64,000 nucleotides of DNA from Eutreptiella sp. 'Long Island Sound 2002' (Eukaryota; Protista; Euglenida), in assembly GCA_964036045.1 (NCBI GenBank), contig OZ038378.1:176328001-176392000 (forward strand), in the 5' to 3' direction. Each line of letters begins with the position of its first letter. The stretch's first letter is position 1. The position numbers and the translations under genes were made by a program. This document shows, piece after piece, positions 50,156-62,682 of this stretch. The notes beneath the pieces are model-generated. The model was given only the letters and a program-made list of their open reading frames with translations. It did no database searches and was not told the origin of the DNA.

Positions 50156-50770
50156 CAGCTACCTAATCTGTGTGTGCCCATGACATGAGTTTTCCACCTC
50201 GGGATTAGGCGCTGTGATTTGTTGCACTTTGGTGTGGGGCTGGTTTTACCGAACTCTATGCCGTGTGCATGACACTTCATAGCCACTATCTCTCCTCGCT
50301 TGCAGAAATTGATCAATCGCCTGTTCCTTCCGCTTTTTGTTTCGCTGGGCTGTGGGTCTGCTGTGCCCTGTCTGTACCCTGTCAACGGTGAAACACGAGT
50401 GGTGGAAACGTAGGCGGCCAGTCGACGCAAGTGAGTGATCGGAGGTACCAACAAGGAAAAAATATTCTGTATAGAAAGCAACATGCGGATGCACCAATTA
50501 GTCCAAACAAAATGATCCAAAAATTTAACGTCCCAAAAAAAATGAAAAAGGAAAGGAAAAAAGGGAAATGGTTCAAAGTTCAGGCAAGACACATACAATT
50601 GATCCACAAGAGCACAAGAGCATTGCATTTCTTTGCTTGTTGCTTGCACGTTACACTACACCACATACACTTTGAACAAATTGGTGGCTATTGGTAAATT
50701 GGTAGTTTGTAAAACCTTTTTTTTCCGCCGCGCAACAGGCATCGGGGGGGGTTTACTCTCTCGAATAATC

Positions 50771-50884
50771 TAGGTGATGCGGATCATTTTTGATCCAAAC
50801 ACTAGTCAGTGGCACGGGGTGGGGGGGGGGGTTCGAGGGTGGTGATCCAAAAGTGATCCACCGATCATTCTTGGACCATTTTGC
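50771..50884 (+). repeat. GATC-rich repeat unit, copy 2 (family extends about 50480-52320, partly inverted)
   Basis: Direct copy of 47545-47656. 50490-50615 is an imperfect inverted copy of 50920-51040. A partial third copy lies at about 52035-52080. Confidence 0.8.
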
Positions 50885-53286
50885 CCATTGTGCTTTCAAC
50901 TATATGCCCATGGTCTTGTGGACTTGTAGATCAATTTTGTGTGCCTTGTCAAGACCTCAAACCATTTTCTCTGCTCTTTTATTTTGAAGTTGGATTGCTG
51001 GACCAATTTTGTGTGCCTTTGTGTGCCTTTCTCTTTTGGTTTTTTTTTTGGAAATTACATTTTTGGATCATTGTTTTAAACACAAATTGGTGGATCAGTT
51101 GATGCGAGCGGCTGTTCTTTTGCACCGTTTCTCATGCTTGCTCAATACCCTCCCCCCCCCTGACAAGAGAACCCGTACTCTTAATTTTTTGCCCCTTGGA
51201 AATTTAACCGTGTCACATACATGGCGGGGTTTCAACCGTGTCACTAGTATGTTTGGTTTGTGTGTACTCCATGAGTCCCTTTCGTAATTAGCTCTTAAAC
51301 ATGAGTGAAAACGGCAACGACAATGTTGAGATGGAATAATTGCGTGAAGTTATGCAACCAACACTTACAGAACGGTTGGTTGTTGAAGTGTGGCGGCCCT
51401 TTGAGGCAGGGCACCCATCAGTAATGCAAGATTTGCCACATCTATTTGCACTCCGGGGGCATGGCTGTCAATAGCCAGGGCAAGTGTGCTTTCTGCCCTT
51501 GAGGCTCTGCGAAGAGTTGTTATGGATGCTTGAAGATTTTCCGTTGTCTGTGTTTTTTTGGCAAAATGTGGGCTCGTCCACGGGGACCCCCACTATGTGC
51601 ACATGTTTCTCTCCAGGTGTGAATTGTGTCGCTTATTCCGACCGTGTCTCCTAACAGCTTTTTCCACCCCCCTCAAATGAAATCCACCGTGTCACATATC
51701 GGGGGGGAATTTTCGTGTCTCTTGTCAAGGGGGGGGGGTATGTTGCTTTGTACTTGCACTACGTGTTAGTTATACTACATGTTGGATCATTTTTCTTGAT
51801 GACGAATTGGTGGATCATTTCTTTGCTTTGTGCCTCTTTGCTTTTGTGTACTCCACTTTTTCTAATAGTGCATTAGTTTGTGTGCCTGCCTTCTTTGTGT
51901 TTGCATGATTCCATGTGTGTGCTCATTGCAACCTCGGGTTCTTGGGCCCCTAGGAGTGTCTTCACTGGCCCCAAGAAATGTCCACGTTTCCACATGGATG
52001 GTCCGGAAAATCGCGGATCATTTTGCTCGGCAGTGGGGGGGGGGGGTTATGGGGTAGGTGATCGTGGTCCGTGGATCATTTGGGGTGGGGGTATGGACCC
52101 CCGCTGATCAATGTTCCGTGGACTACCTTATGCACTTCACATGCCTTTTATGTACTCAATTTTTAACAATAGTGTGTTGGTTTGTGCTATGTGTGTGCAC
52201 TTTGCAACCCTACGTTCTTGAGCCCCTAGGAGTGTCTTCATTAGCCCCCACGATTGCCCACGTGTCCGGAAAGGTGGTCCAGAAAAACCGCGGATCATTT
52301 CTTGAGCAACAGCAATGCTTGGTTCATCTGCCTTGTGTTTTAGATTGTACCGCCACTCAGTGCCCGCTTCTATCCTCCGGCTTTTGATAGCCGCGCAATA
52401 CATCTTCTTTCATGAGTGATGTGATGCTATATCTATAGGCAGTGGCAAGTTGGCTTAGTCCGCTCTCAAAAAGGTTGCCTTTTATTTGAACCCATGTTCT
52501 TAAGTCGTGATTATAAGTTGCTAGTGCACAAATTACGCACGTCTTCACGCGTGCTGGGCCGTGGCCGTGCCTCACTCTTCTCAAACAAAGGGTTGTGCCT
52601 TGTGTTGTCTCCTCGTTCTTTGCGCTCCGTGTGCCCTAGTGTTTGTGCCTCATGGGGTAAATTATGGGAACAACCACACAATCGACGTGAGCATCAGTTG
52701 TTGAGAAAATATCATCAATGCCTTTCCTCATTGTGTTTTTTTATCAAGGACGAAGAACTCAATTGTGGATCAACAACATTATCGGCAAGCAATAATTGTG
52801 TGTGTCAAACACCTTGTTTTTAGTTTATTTGCTTTGCAATTTGTGCCCCAAGTTGCATTAAGAAGGCTTTTCCAGAGGAGCCCGATTCGGAGTTGTCAAT
52901 CGTCTCAATTTGCTTTGTTGTGTGCCCACCTAGTGTATGTGCATGCCCATTGTGGCTCTACATTGGAAGGTTGGTGTAAGAGTTGGTGAGGCCAGGGCTA
53001 CCAGTAGTCTTCGCAGCGTGCTGTGGCTTTTTCCAGGTTTTTTTTGGGTTTGATCCATTTTGGATGGTAGGAAGGGGGTGGGGTTTGAGGAGGGGGGGGG
53101 GGGTCAGCACCGTTCCTGATCCATGACCCGGTCCATTTGGGGTGGGGGTGGGGGGGTTTTCCAGCACCCTGATGTGCAACGGATCAGATTGCCTAGTTCC
53201 CATTGACACGCACGCTGGAATTGCACAAGCAGCCCGCGCATCCCTCTGCAGACACAATGATTGATGTTGCCGCTGCATTCCTTGAG

Positions 53287-53449
53287 GTTGCAAGCCGCGG
53301 CAGCGGAATGCAGTGCAACAGATGATGAGCCTCCTCGAAAGAAGCTCTGCACTGACCAGAGCCATGCAGCCCTAGAGCCCATTGGTTCAACAAATGGCAC
53401 TTCCGGGTTCAAGCCGCTGCCCCGGGTTAGGGATGATGCAGAGATGCAG
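53287..53449 (+). CDS. Probable exon of gene 2 with NLS-like motif
   Basis: ...DDEPPRKKLC...DDAEMQ ends at a strong donor CAG|gtaagg (phase 0). The 5' boundary is uncertain. Confidence 0.4.
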
Positions 53450-54932
53450 GTAAGGCATGCTGTGTGGGAACGCATTGGATTGACTCCTATATGGCAACTC
53501 CCTGGAGTAAGGGAATCATGGAGAAGGGGCTGAGTCTCATTGGAGGAGTGCCCTCCGGACCCCCTCCCCTTGATCTGTCTCCGGTGGAGATGTGAAGCCT
53601 GCCCTGTGACCACGGCGCGGCAGAGGGACCGGGCCGGTCGGGCTGTGTCTGCTCACCTGACCTGACCTGACCTGACCGGACCGGACACAATCATATTAAG
53701 GAGGGCAGGCCTTACAAGGGCGCTGATGCGCCGGGAAGAGCTGAATATTATTAGGACTCAGGGTTTATGGCAAACCTCCCTGCGCACAATCAGCCTGTTC
53801 CCCAAAATGCTTGAACCCTGAACATGACAGTCCTTCCCACACACATCACTCCCCGCACAAATTACACAAATTTCACAAACAATCATGTCACACAAAAGAA
53901 ATGGCACTGGACACCAGTTGTACACCACACACAACCAGCTTTTATGCACCCCCCCCCCCCCCGCTACTCACGGTGTGGGCCACAGCCACACCAGCAACAC
54001 CAAGGGGCAAGATGTCTGGAAATGCAGCAGACCACCTCACTTTTTGGTGCGTTGACCCCGGTTTCGGATACACGTTGGTCATAACACTTCGTAATTCGGA
54101 ACCTGCTGTGGTTAACTTGAGAGCGCCCGCCCCTCGTGTTTGTGGGAACGACCGCATGTGATGCCTGCTGGCGCAAACAGCGGAGTGCACGCCATGTGGG
54201 CAGAATGCTGCCATGGCGAGGCGCCGAATCGCCATTCCACTCTGACCCAGAAAACTGCGCTTCCCCCTCTCCCCTCCCAATCGACACAAACGACCTCGAT
54301 CAACAAGCAGGTCCCACGACAGACAAAAGCACTGGCCACTGGTTGTGTTACACGCCAACCAACCAGCATTACTGGAACCCCGACCACCCCAGTCTCTCCT
54401 CATTTGATCGTGCTGATGATACTCGCAGGCAATAGGATGTTGGTATTCCATACGTGGCTGCGAACTTTTGGCTTTTGGCACTACGTACGACCCTTTGTTC
54501 CCTGCACAAATATCCTCCTTACAACGGCCCATAAGCAGCTGCAGCAGCTGTTCTAATCCGTCGCCCTGCGATGGTCCTCCGCTTCCACTCCTGGACACCT
54601 GGCCCCTCGCAGGAGGTGTGAGTGCAAGGAGAGCCATTGCCGGAGACGTGTGGGGATGTATGAGCCATTTGATGACACGATGCAAGCAAAGGCAGGGCTG
54701 AGAACAGGGTCAGGCCTGGGTCTCCACAGAAACCCTGGCCACGTCAGTGTCTGGTGCCCGCATCGGTGCAACATCCCGGGCTAGACTGTTTTGGTAGGCC
54801 TTGGGCGGGGGGGCTATTTTTCCGTGGCATGGAGCCAGGTGCAGGGCCAGGGGAGGGTCAGGGCTACAAACTCGTGCAGGGGCAGTTGTGCGTCCAGTTG
54901 CCCCATTTTACTACACCGAATTCCCCTTTCAG

Positions 54933-56639
54933 ATTACAACATCTGAGCCATCCACAGCTGTGGCTCCCCCATCCACAGCGCCCGCGCAGTCTTCCATGGA
55001 TCCTTTTCAGTCTTCCACAACCCCCATTCAGTCTGCCACAGCCCCGATGCATCCTTCCATGACCTCGGCCGAAGCTATTGCCAGCTTGATGCACTTTACG
55101 CGGCTTGCAATGGCCTCTGGTAAGCCTTCCACAGTCCCCTATCAGCGTTCCACGGCATCAGGCCAGTCTTCCTTCACCTACAGTGAGCGTTCTCCTGCCG
55201 CAAGCCAGAGTGTGACAGCCCCAAGTCAGTCTTCTGCCCCAGGTCAGTTGTGCACATCCCCTGGTCAGCGCTCCAAGGCTGTTGTTCAGTCTTCCATGGC
55301 CCCAAGCCAGCCCTCCGCAGCCCCAACTCCACAGCTCACAACCCCAGTGCAGGCACCCATGCCTGAATGTTCCATGGTTCCAAAGCAGCCCGCCACAGCA
55401 GCTACTCAGCCTTCCAGAACCTCTACAACCCTGATCCAACCCCCCCCTTCCCCACCTCAGCCTTCCACAGCCCCACCTCAGCCTTCCACAAACTCTACAA
55501 CCCCGATCCAGCCCTCCCCTTCCCCACCTCAGCCTTCCACAGCCCTGGCTCAGCCTCCCATGCTCCCAAATCAGCTTCCTGCAGCCCCACTTCAACCCTC
55601 CACAGCCTCCAGCCGCCCCACAACAACTCAGTCTTCTGAAGCCCCTGCTAAGCCTTCCGTCGTTCGAATTCAGCCATCCACCCTCCAACATCAGTCTTCC
55701 ACAACTTCCAGTCATCCTTCCACAGTCCTAACGCAACCTTCCACAGGCCAAAGCCAGTCTTTTGCAATCTCCACTGAGCCTGTCAAATTCCCAGTTCAAC
55801 CTTCCACACCCCAAATTCAGCCCTTCATACCCTCAACTCAGCCTCTCAGAGCCCCAGTCCAGTCGTCAGCAGCTGCATTTCAGACTCCCACGACCCTGTC
55901 AGCCTCAACCGTACACCAGCTATCCACAATCCCCAATCGGCAACGTGCAAACTCTCTTCAGCAACCTACAACCACGTCTGCAGCCCTGCCTCAGCTATCC
56001 AAGATTGCACCAAACCCATCCCCAGCTATAGTTCAGGCTCCAACAACTCAATCACAGCTTTCCAGAGGCCCGTCTCAGTCACAGCAAACCGCACATCAGT
56101 CACGTGAAGTCCCATTTCAGCCAACAGCAGCCTCATTTGCGCCACCCCTAGCTGCACCACAGCTTTCCCATGGCCAGCATCCCGCAACCCTGCCTCAGTA
56201 TCAGCAACCCACAGTCCCCTTTCTGCAATCCACAGCCATACCAAAGCCATCGCATGCCACATTTCAGCCTTCCTCGGCTGTGTTGCAACCCTCCATGGCT
56301 CAAACTCAGTCACCGACAAGCATGCAGCAGTCGTGCCAAACCTTGCATCAGCCACCTGCAGCTGCAATTCACTCCTTCACAGACGCAGTCCAGCGTGCAC
56401 ACACCTCAACTCACCCACCACCAGCGTCTCAGCTTTCAGTAGCTGTCAATCAGACTTCATTTCTGCCAGCCCCAGCTGTCCTTCAGCCTTCTATGGCCTC
56501 AACTCAGCCCTGCACAGTACCGCGTCAGTCATTTCAATCTGTGCATCCAGCTGCCCCTCTAATGAGCAGAGTGGAGCCTCCTGCTGATGTCTTGGGACAT
56601 TACAGCAACCAAGGCCCAACAACGCCTTCCCCTGCAAAG
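54933..56639 (+). CDS. Large Pro/Ser/Thr/Gln-rich (QPST-repeat) exon of an uncharacterised gene 2
   Basis: 569 codons without a stop, while the other frames are interrupted. Bounded by ttcccctttcAG and AAG|gtaatg, both phase 0. Confidence 0.6.
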
Positions 56640-57184
56640 GTAATGTTGCATGCTACAAGGCATCGGGGATACATTGCTATTTCAAAACTGCTTGTGGGAG
56701 GGGTTGGTCTTCAGAACGAACGAATGGTGTGCATTAGACCACTTCATCGCGCTATCTTCTTCTGAGGCGTGACCGGGACACCTGGGCATGACGAGCCTAC
56801 AGGTACTAAAGGTCCAAAGGTACAAAAAAATAAGAGCAACAACGTTCAGCAGCGACCCAAGGAACCCATCGCCTGCTCCAGGGTTGATGCCACTCGCTTA
56901 CTGCTCGCCCCAATGGCCACTTCCTGGCCACCCACCAGCCCCGGATCGAGAGACAGGGTCTGCAGGGGACCCAAGTTGCTCCGGATCAATGCAATCACAG
57001 CTCAAATTGCAAGGTTCCTGAGGGTTGGGGTCCAATATTGCACCCATTAGCACCCCCATGACCGACATACAATTCTGTTTGTCATCAAAGCCACATACAT
57101 ATTGAGTGCCAAAGGCAGCGAATGTTGGGATGATGCATGGGGGTAGACAGAGGCATTGCACGACATATGCACATCCGTTCGCAG

Positions 57185-59668
57185 GAATTGCTGCTGGTGG
57201 ACATCGAACGCGACGACCCTCTGGACCCCACCAGCGGCATGATGCAGTTTGCATTTTGTGATGCCAAGGTCCAGTGCTCCCATGCATGCTTGTTTTTTGT
57301 TCAGGAATTGGTATTCGGCCCAGAGCATTGCTTTCATTCCACGTTTTCATTGGGGCCCACAGACCCAAAAGGTGCATGTGATAGGTTGGTACACAGATGA
57401 TCATTTTGCATCCGAACACCACCAGTTTGGGACCGGGGAAAGCAGCACTATGGGATTATTTTGTGTCTACCCCAATAGCAATTGAGTCAGCAGGTCTGAG
57501 GCTGCGATGGCATAGTTTGGATTTCATGTTTTTTATGGTACACCAACCAGATTCATCGACGCCCAAACCATTTGTGTGCGCTTTGTGTTCTGCGCTAGTT
57601 CCTTACTATCAGTGTCTCTCCCTGTGGCAGTACATTTCTTCCTTCCAAAATCCCTACCCTCAGGCCCTATTATTCCCTTTCTTTGCCCAAACCTGTTGCA
57701 GTGGGTTGCAATGAGACTTGAATTGGGAGAGGGCAGTTTTTACAAACTTAGACCCCTTCCACATCAGTTTCTTTCCTTTCCCCTTTAACTGGAAATATTC
57801 CTAATGGAAGGTCACACATACATTCCACGGTCCACAGCTGGTTTCAAATGCCTAATCTGCCCTCTAAATGGCACGTGAATGATCTTTGGATCTAAGGTTT
57901 GAACGTGCGGCTGTGTTGCCAATTCGAGCGACGCAGTGTGCCAAGGGAGTGACTGCGTGCCCGATGGTTGATTGGGGGTGGTCTGTGCTTGGGGGCGCTT
58001 TGCCCCCAAATGACATTCTGGCAGACTTCGATTTTTTCGTGTTTTCGATGAGAAAACCCTTTCCCCAGCTGTCGGTTATCTCCCAGCCAACAATCGGGGA
58101 AGGGTTTGACTTTCTTCCTTTCTTCCTGGCAGTAAGCTGTTCTGATCACGTTGGTTGCCTGGCTAAGATGAAGTGTAGTATCTGTTCTTATGGCGCACCG
58201 TGTTACACTTGCACGTGGCATTGCTGTTAGGAGGAATGCGAGGCCGGGCAGTGGTGGTGAGGGCATCCTGTCACGGGATCACCGTGGAAGTAAGGAATGG
58301 ACCCTCGATGCAGAAACTGCCAGGCTCGCTGAGCGTCACCGTTGGGGGCAGCTGAGGACATGGACCCTCCAGCACGGGGAGTGCACTGCAGGGCAGGGCT
58401 GTGGGAAAAAGACATCTATGTCCTTTTTTTTTTTTGCTTCTTTCTTGTCAAGACAGCCTCAGACCTCAGGTCAGGATAGCAGTTAACCGCCGGTGGCTGT
58501 TGGTCACCGACGGTCGTCGATAGTCAATCGACGCAGGTTGGCTGGAAATCGAGATACTGACTGTCAGTAGACCAATCTTTTTCTTGAGGTCAGGGTCAGC
58601 TCAACATATCAAATATCGGTTGCCACTCTGAGCACATGGGCACCCTCATGTCGGCCGATTGTGATGGAACTGCCGAACATTGCAGCATATGCATACCAGG
58701 ACGTGCATGTGTGGAGCGCTTTGTGACCTGCGTATGGCCTCATGTCGTGTAACAGGTGCTGTCTAAAGCCCGCGGCCACGCCAAGAGCAGTATTTCGGCA
58801 CAGGAGATCGAAGTGCAGTGGTGCATAGCATCCAACGGTGCGTAGTGTGCACTGTAGTGTGTAGCGGAGATGTAGTATTCGGGATGTGGTTCCAAAGACG
58901 TGGTTCCCGGAATGTGGTATTGGGATTGTTTTTTCAGGGATTATGGATTGGGCACTGTAGAGGAGGTGGTACTGGGGACGGGGCTCCAGGGGTGTGGCAC
59001 TGATGAGGTGGTACTTGGGCTGTGGTACTAAAGATGTGGTACTAGAGATGTGGTCCAGGGTTGTACTAGGCATGTGGTCCAGACGGTAGGGCACGTGGTG
59101 CGAGGGATGTTTTCTTTCCAGAATTGTGGTATGAGGGCCGTGGCTCCAGGGAGGTGGCGCCGGGGAAATTGCACTGGGTGTGGTACTGGTCCAGGGATGT
59201 AGTGCTAGGAATCATGGGAATCCGTTGGCCAGCCGCGTCAGCTCGTGCGGTGCCAGAGAGCGTGTTCCATTGTGAGCATTTTCAAAGTAGACACCACTAG
59301 GTAACCCAAACAGCGCTGTGCAGGGATATCCTAGCACTAGCCCTCCCCAACCATGTATTAGAACGGCTGTACACCGTAGGAGGAGGGGGGGTACCTCCCC
59401 CTGACCCCCCTACCCCCCCCCTTGACCCCCCCCCTCCCTCCCCCCCTTCTAATGTGTAATTGGACTCGCAAACTGTTGTTGATTGTCACCGCTATGTCTA
59501 TGTCACCCAGGACACACCATGGATTGTTTCTTCCCTGTGAAGAAGGCAGTGGAAACTGTCACACTTCAGGACCTGGTTGCAGCCGTCATGTTCTTCCGAT
59601 GCGCTGACATATTTAGTGGGAAGCGCCGACAGGAGGCCTACAATCAAGCGCAAACGATTGATGATTAA
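57185..59668 (+). CDS. Probable 3' exons of gene 2 (unknown C-terminal domain)
   Basis: Phase-compatible small exons 57185-57268 (ELLLVDIERD...), 57305-57371 and 57479-57537, and a last-exon-like 59511-59668 (GHTMDCFFPVKK...QTIDD*). Intermediate exons are unresolved. Confidence 0.4.
58830..59200. repeat. Degenerate (gatgtggtac)-type minisatellite
   Basis: Recurring gtggt/atgtggtact units. Confidence 0.65.
59202..59337. mobile_element. 136-bp mini-MITE with TA flanks
   Basis: ta|gtgctagga ... tcctagcac|ta, a perfect inverted repeat of 11 bp including the TA. Confidence 0.45.
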
Positions 59669-59675
59669 CCCAAAC

Positions 59676-59755
59676 TTGAATGAACCCGAATGAACCTAAA
59701 TGAACCAGAGTGCACCTTGAATGAACCGGAATGGCGCCAAATGAAGCTAAATGGC
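59676..59755. repeat. 10-bp tandem repeat (gaatgaacc-like)
   Basis: tgaatgaacccgaatgaacctaaatgaacc... about 7 degenerate units. Confidence 0.7.
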
Positions 59756-61639
59756 GGTGCTGGCCCTTGCATTGCATTGCCAACTCACCATCCACTGATA
59801 TGCGGGTGTGGTTTGCAAAGAAAAGTGTGTGCAGAATTGGACAGCCAAAGCACCAAAACCAATTTTCAAAAAAAATGGTCCTGGTGGTCTCCCATCTCAG
59901 TACCAGGCGGCTCAGAAGTTGCTTAACTTCTGAATTGGACAGTGTAGTAGGCCCTCCCTAGAGCGGCACTGTTCTACCACCATTGTGGTCAAACAACCTA
60001 TAGAGAATTTCTGGGAACTTTTTTTTCGATAACATGTCAAGGTATGAACCTTGGGTTGCATAGATCTGGCAAATGTGGGTCATAGGTGAGTGGTAGAATA
60101 GTGCGCTGCAGGGTGAAAGGGAACTGGTTCAAACCCACTAGGGGCATATTTTTGCTGGTGCTGATGTCCCACAGATTTTCGTTTTTTTTTTGGGTGCCAT
60201 TGGCGCCTTCGGCAGAAAAAAAAGTATTTCCCCCATTTTTTGGGTGGTCACCCTAGGAGGAGGGGGGTCCCAGCCAACCCCACCCCCTCCCCCCTTCAGA
60301 CCCCCCCCCTCCCTGCCCCCCTTCTGACACATGTCTGGCCCCTCCCTTCTCCCTTTTTGGGGCCACCGGTTAACCCTCCGTAGACCTAGCCCCCTCAGGA
60401 AAGCTCTCTGGGCCCCAGGATAGCGCGGACTGTCGGGTGTAGACCTACTGAGCCGCAATTCCTGTGGCATTGGAACCCACACATCCCTACCCATCCACTC
60501 TTAAAAAAAAATCTTCAACGGATTCTTATTTCAAAAAAGGCACACCATGGACGTCTGCTTTGGACATTCATAGCTAGTACTTTGTCCATGGTGTCCCAGA
60601 AATGTTGATGTAGTGATTCTTTTGGGTGGTTGTGTTTCGTGTGGTCTTCCTGCATTGCTATTTTGTGTCCCACTTTGTTCTCTTGGAGGCTGGGATGTCG
60701 GGTGGGTCTGAAGGGTGAGCGCCACCAAATCGTGTGATCCACAGTATTCTCAAGGCAGGGCACTATGCTGTTCTCCTATTGCTCCAAAAATGTCATCAGG
60801 TGGTGTGAACAGTGATTAAACAAGAACATCAGAACTTTTTTGTACACCGCCCTGCCGGGGATGGGAGGGGCAGATCCCTTCATGCCATAGTTTGACCCCT
60901 GCGATGTTGAACCACTCTGCCTCTGAAAGGAGCTGTGACCTTTTGGTGGATCCAGTCCGCCCTTGACAAATTTCCCAGAGCTGTGGCCTGTCTAAATGCT
61001 GTGCTGTTGGAACACCACACGAACGGGACAAAAAACTAGCAGCAAAATCCTTGGAAATGCTGCGCATCACTAATGGGTAACACTTGGTGTTTTAGAATCC
61101 CTGACCCTGAGTTACATTCACCACCTCAGTGGTGGTGAGCATCCTCTAAACTTCACTGTTATGGAAAATGGGACAACTGTCGAATTTTCACCTACTAAAA
61201 ATGCTTCACCCTAGTCGCTTGGGACAAGCAATGTAGACAATTTCCTCCTGAAAGCAAACCAGTGTGTACTCCTGGAAGCCTGATACTGCATTCCAGGTAA
61301 CACACCATTTGCATGACATTCCTGGCCAATAAGAATCCGCTGCTAGTAGGTCTACCCCCTGCCCCCCCCCCCCCTGGGCACTATAAACCAGAAAATTGGC
61401 CTTGAAAGAGGAGCATTTGATATAAAGGCTACGTAAGTATGCTGGTTGTGAAATGTGGTAGAAGTGACATGGTACTGGGGGGTTTGTTCAGCTATGTGGG
61501 TCTCGGGGTGCAGTATTAGGAAAGGGTGCCTCAGCACATAGGGCTGCTACCCACAACCGCACACCTGGTGGGGCATTCAGTGTATCCTTTGTCCTTCCGA
61601 AACTGCAGCTTGCATGCCTTCCACCGTTTTCTCTCACAG

Positions 61640-61804
61640 TGGTCCAGCACACTTTGGCACTGAACCAATCGAAACGCAAATGCAGCGTTCCCATGTGCAA
61701 AAGTGGTTGCAAGTTTGCGACAATGATATGTCCGCAGCCGCACTGTACATATGCCGTTTGTGAGTATTGCCGCAAGCTTGGGGTGACCCATCATATGGCT
61801 GAAG
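61640..61804 (+). CDS. Exon of gene 3: C1-like Cys/His zinc finger 1
   Basis: ctctcacAG|..HTLALNQSKRKCSVPMC...CPQPHCTYAVCEYC..|gtatgt, phase 1-1. Confidence 0.65.
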
Positions 61805-62520
61805 GTATGTACAGCTTGTTCAAATTAAGGGTCCTGAGTCTGACTGTGATCTGAACGAGGAAAGCAGCAGCGGTGATGGGGGTGTCGTGCCCATCCCACG
61901 GGCGCTCGGGGCCCGCCCCGCGGACCACTTCGGGCCGCGGCCGGGTGTGTGGTCCCCACGCGTCCAGCGGGACGGCGGGAGTGCACCCATTCAGGTCAGC
62001 GGCTGAATTGGCCGGCCCCTTGGTGTAGAACCTGCGAGCCCACTGAGTGAGCCAGCGCACCAAGTGTCACCGATGCGGCAAGCTGACCCTGCAGCGCGGG
62101 GGAGTGCACTACTGCGCAGGCCGATGGACATAAGACATTTCTTTTTTTCAGGCTTCAGGTCAGGGTGGTGGTCAACTGACGGCGGCGACGGTAGTCGATG
62201 GTCAACCGACGAAGGTTGTCCGGTGACGGACAGCAGTTGGTCACTGAAAATACTGAGTATGGAAGAGGAGGCTGTGCACAAGAACGAGACAAGGTAAGGG
62301 CTGTGCTATCACGCCAAGATATAGCCAATGTGCCTCCGCCCCGCCGTTGCTACCTTCGAAAATGCCAATGGAAGTGCCTGCACAGGCAGCCACCTCTCCT
62401 CTCACAGTCAGTGCACCCCTGCTCACAGCCATTCCCCCTCTGCCCATGGCCCATGCCCCCCAACCCCCGCTGTGCTACACCCACAGTCACTGGCCACAGC
62501 CAAAGCATCCTCCTTCACAG

Positions 62521-62682
62521 GTGGTGAGACGCATGTGCTGAAGCTTGTTGTCAAGCCTTCGCATCACGTTTGTAACATCTGTGACGGTCGAGATCTTGTG
62601 GCCCGCTGCCCAGTAGGTACTTGTGATTACGATGTCTGCGAGAAATGCTGGCAAAAAACCGACCAATTTCATTATGTGGAGG
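62521..62682 (+). CDS. Exon of gene 3: C1-like Cys/His zinc finger 2
   Basis: tccttcacAG|..HVLKLVVKPSHHVCNICDG...CPVGTCDYDVCEKC..|gtatgc, phase 1-1. Confidence 0.7.
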
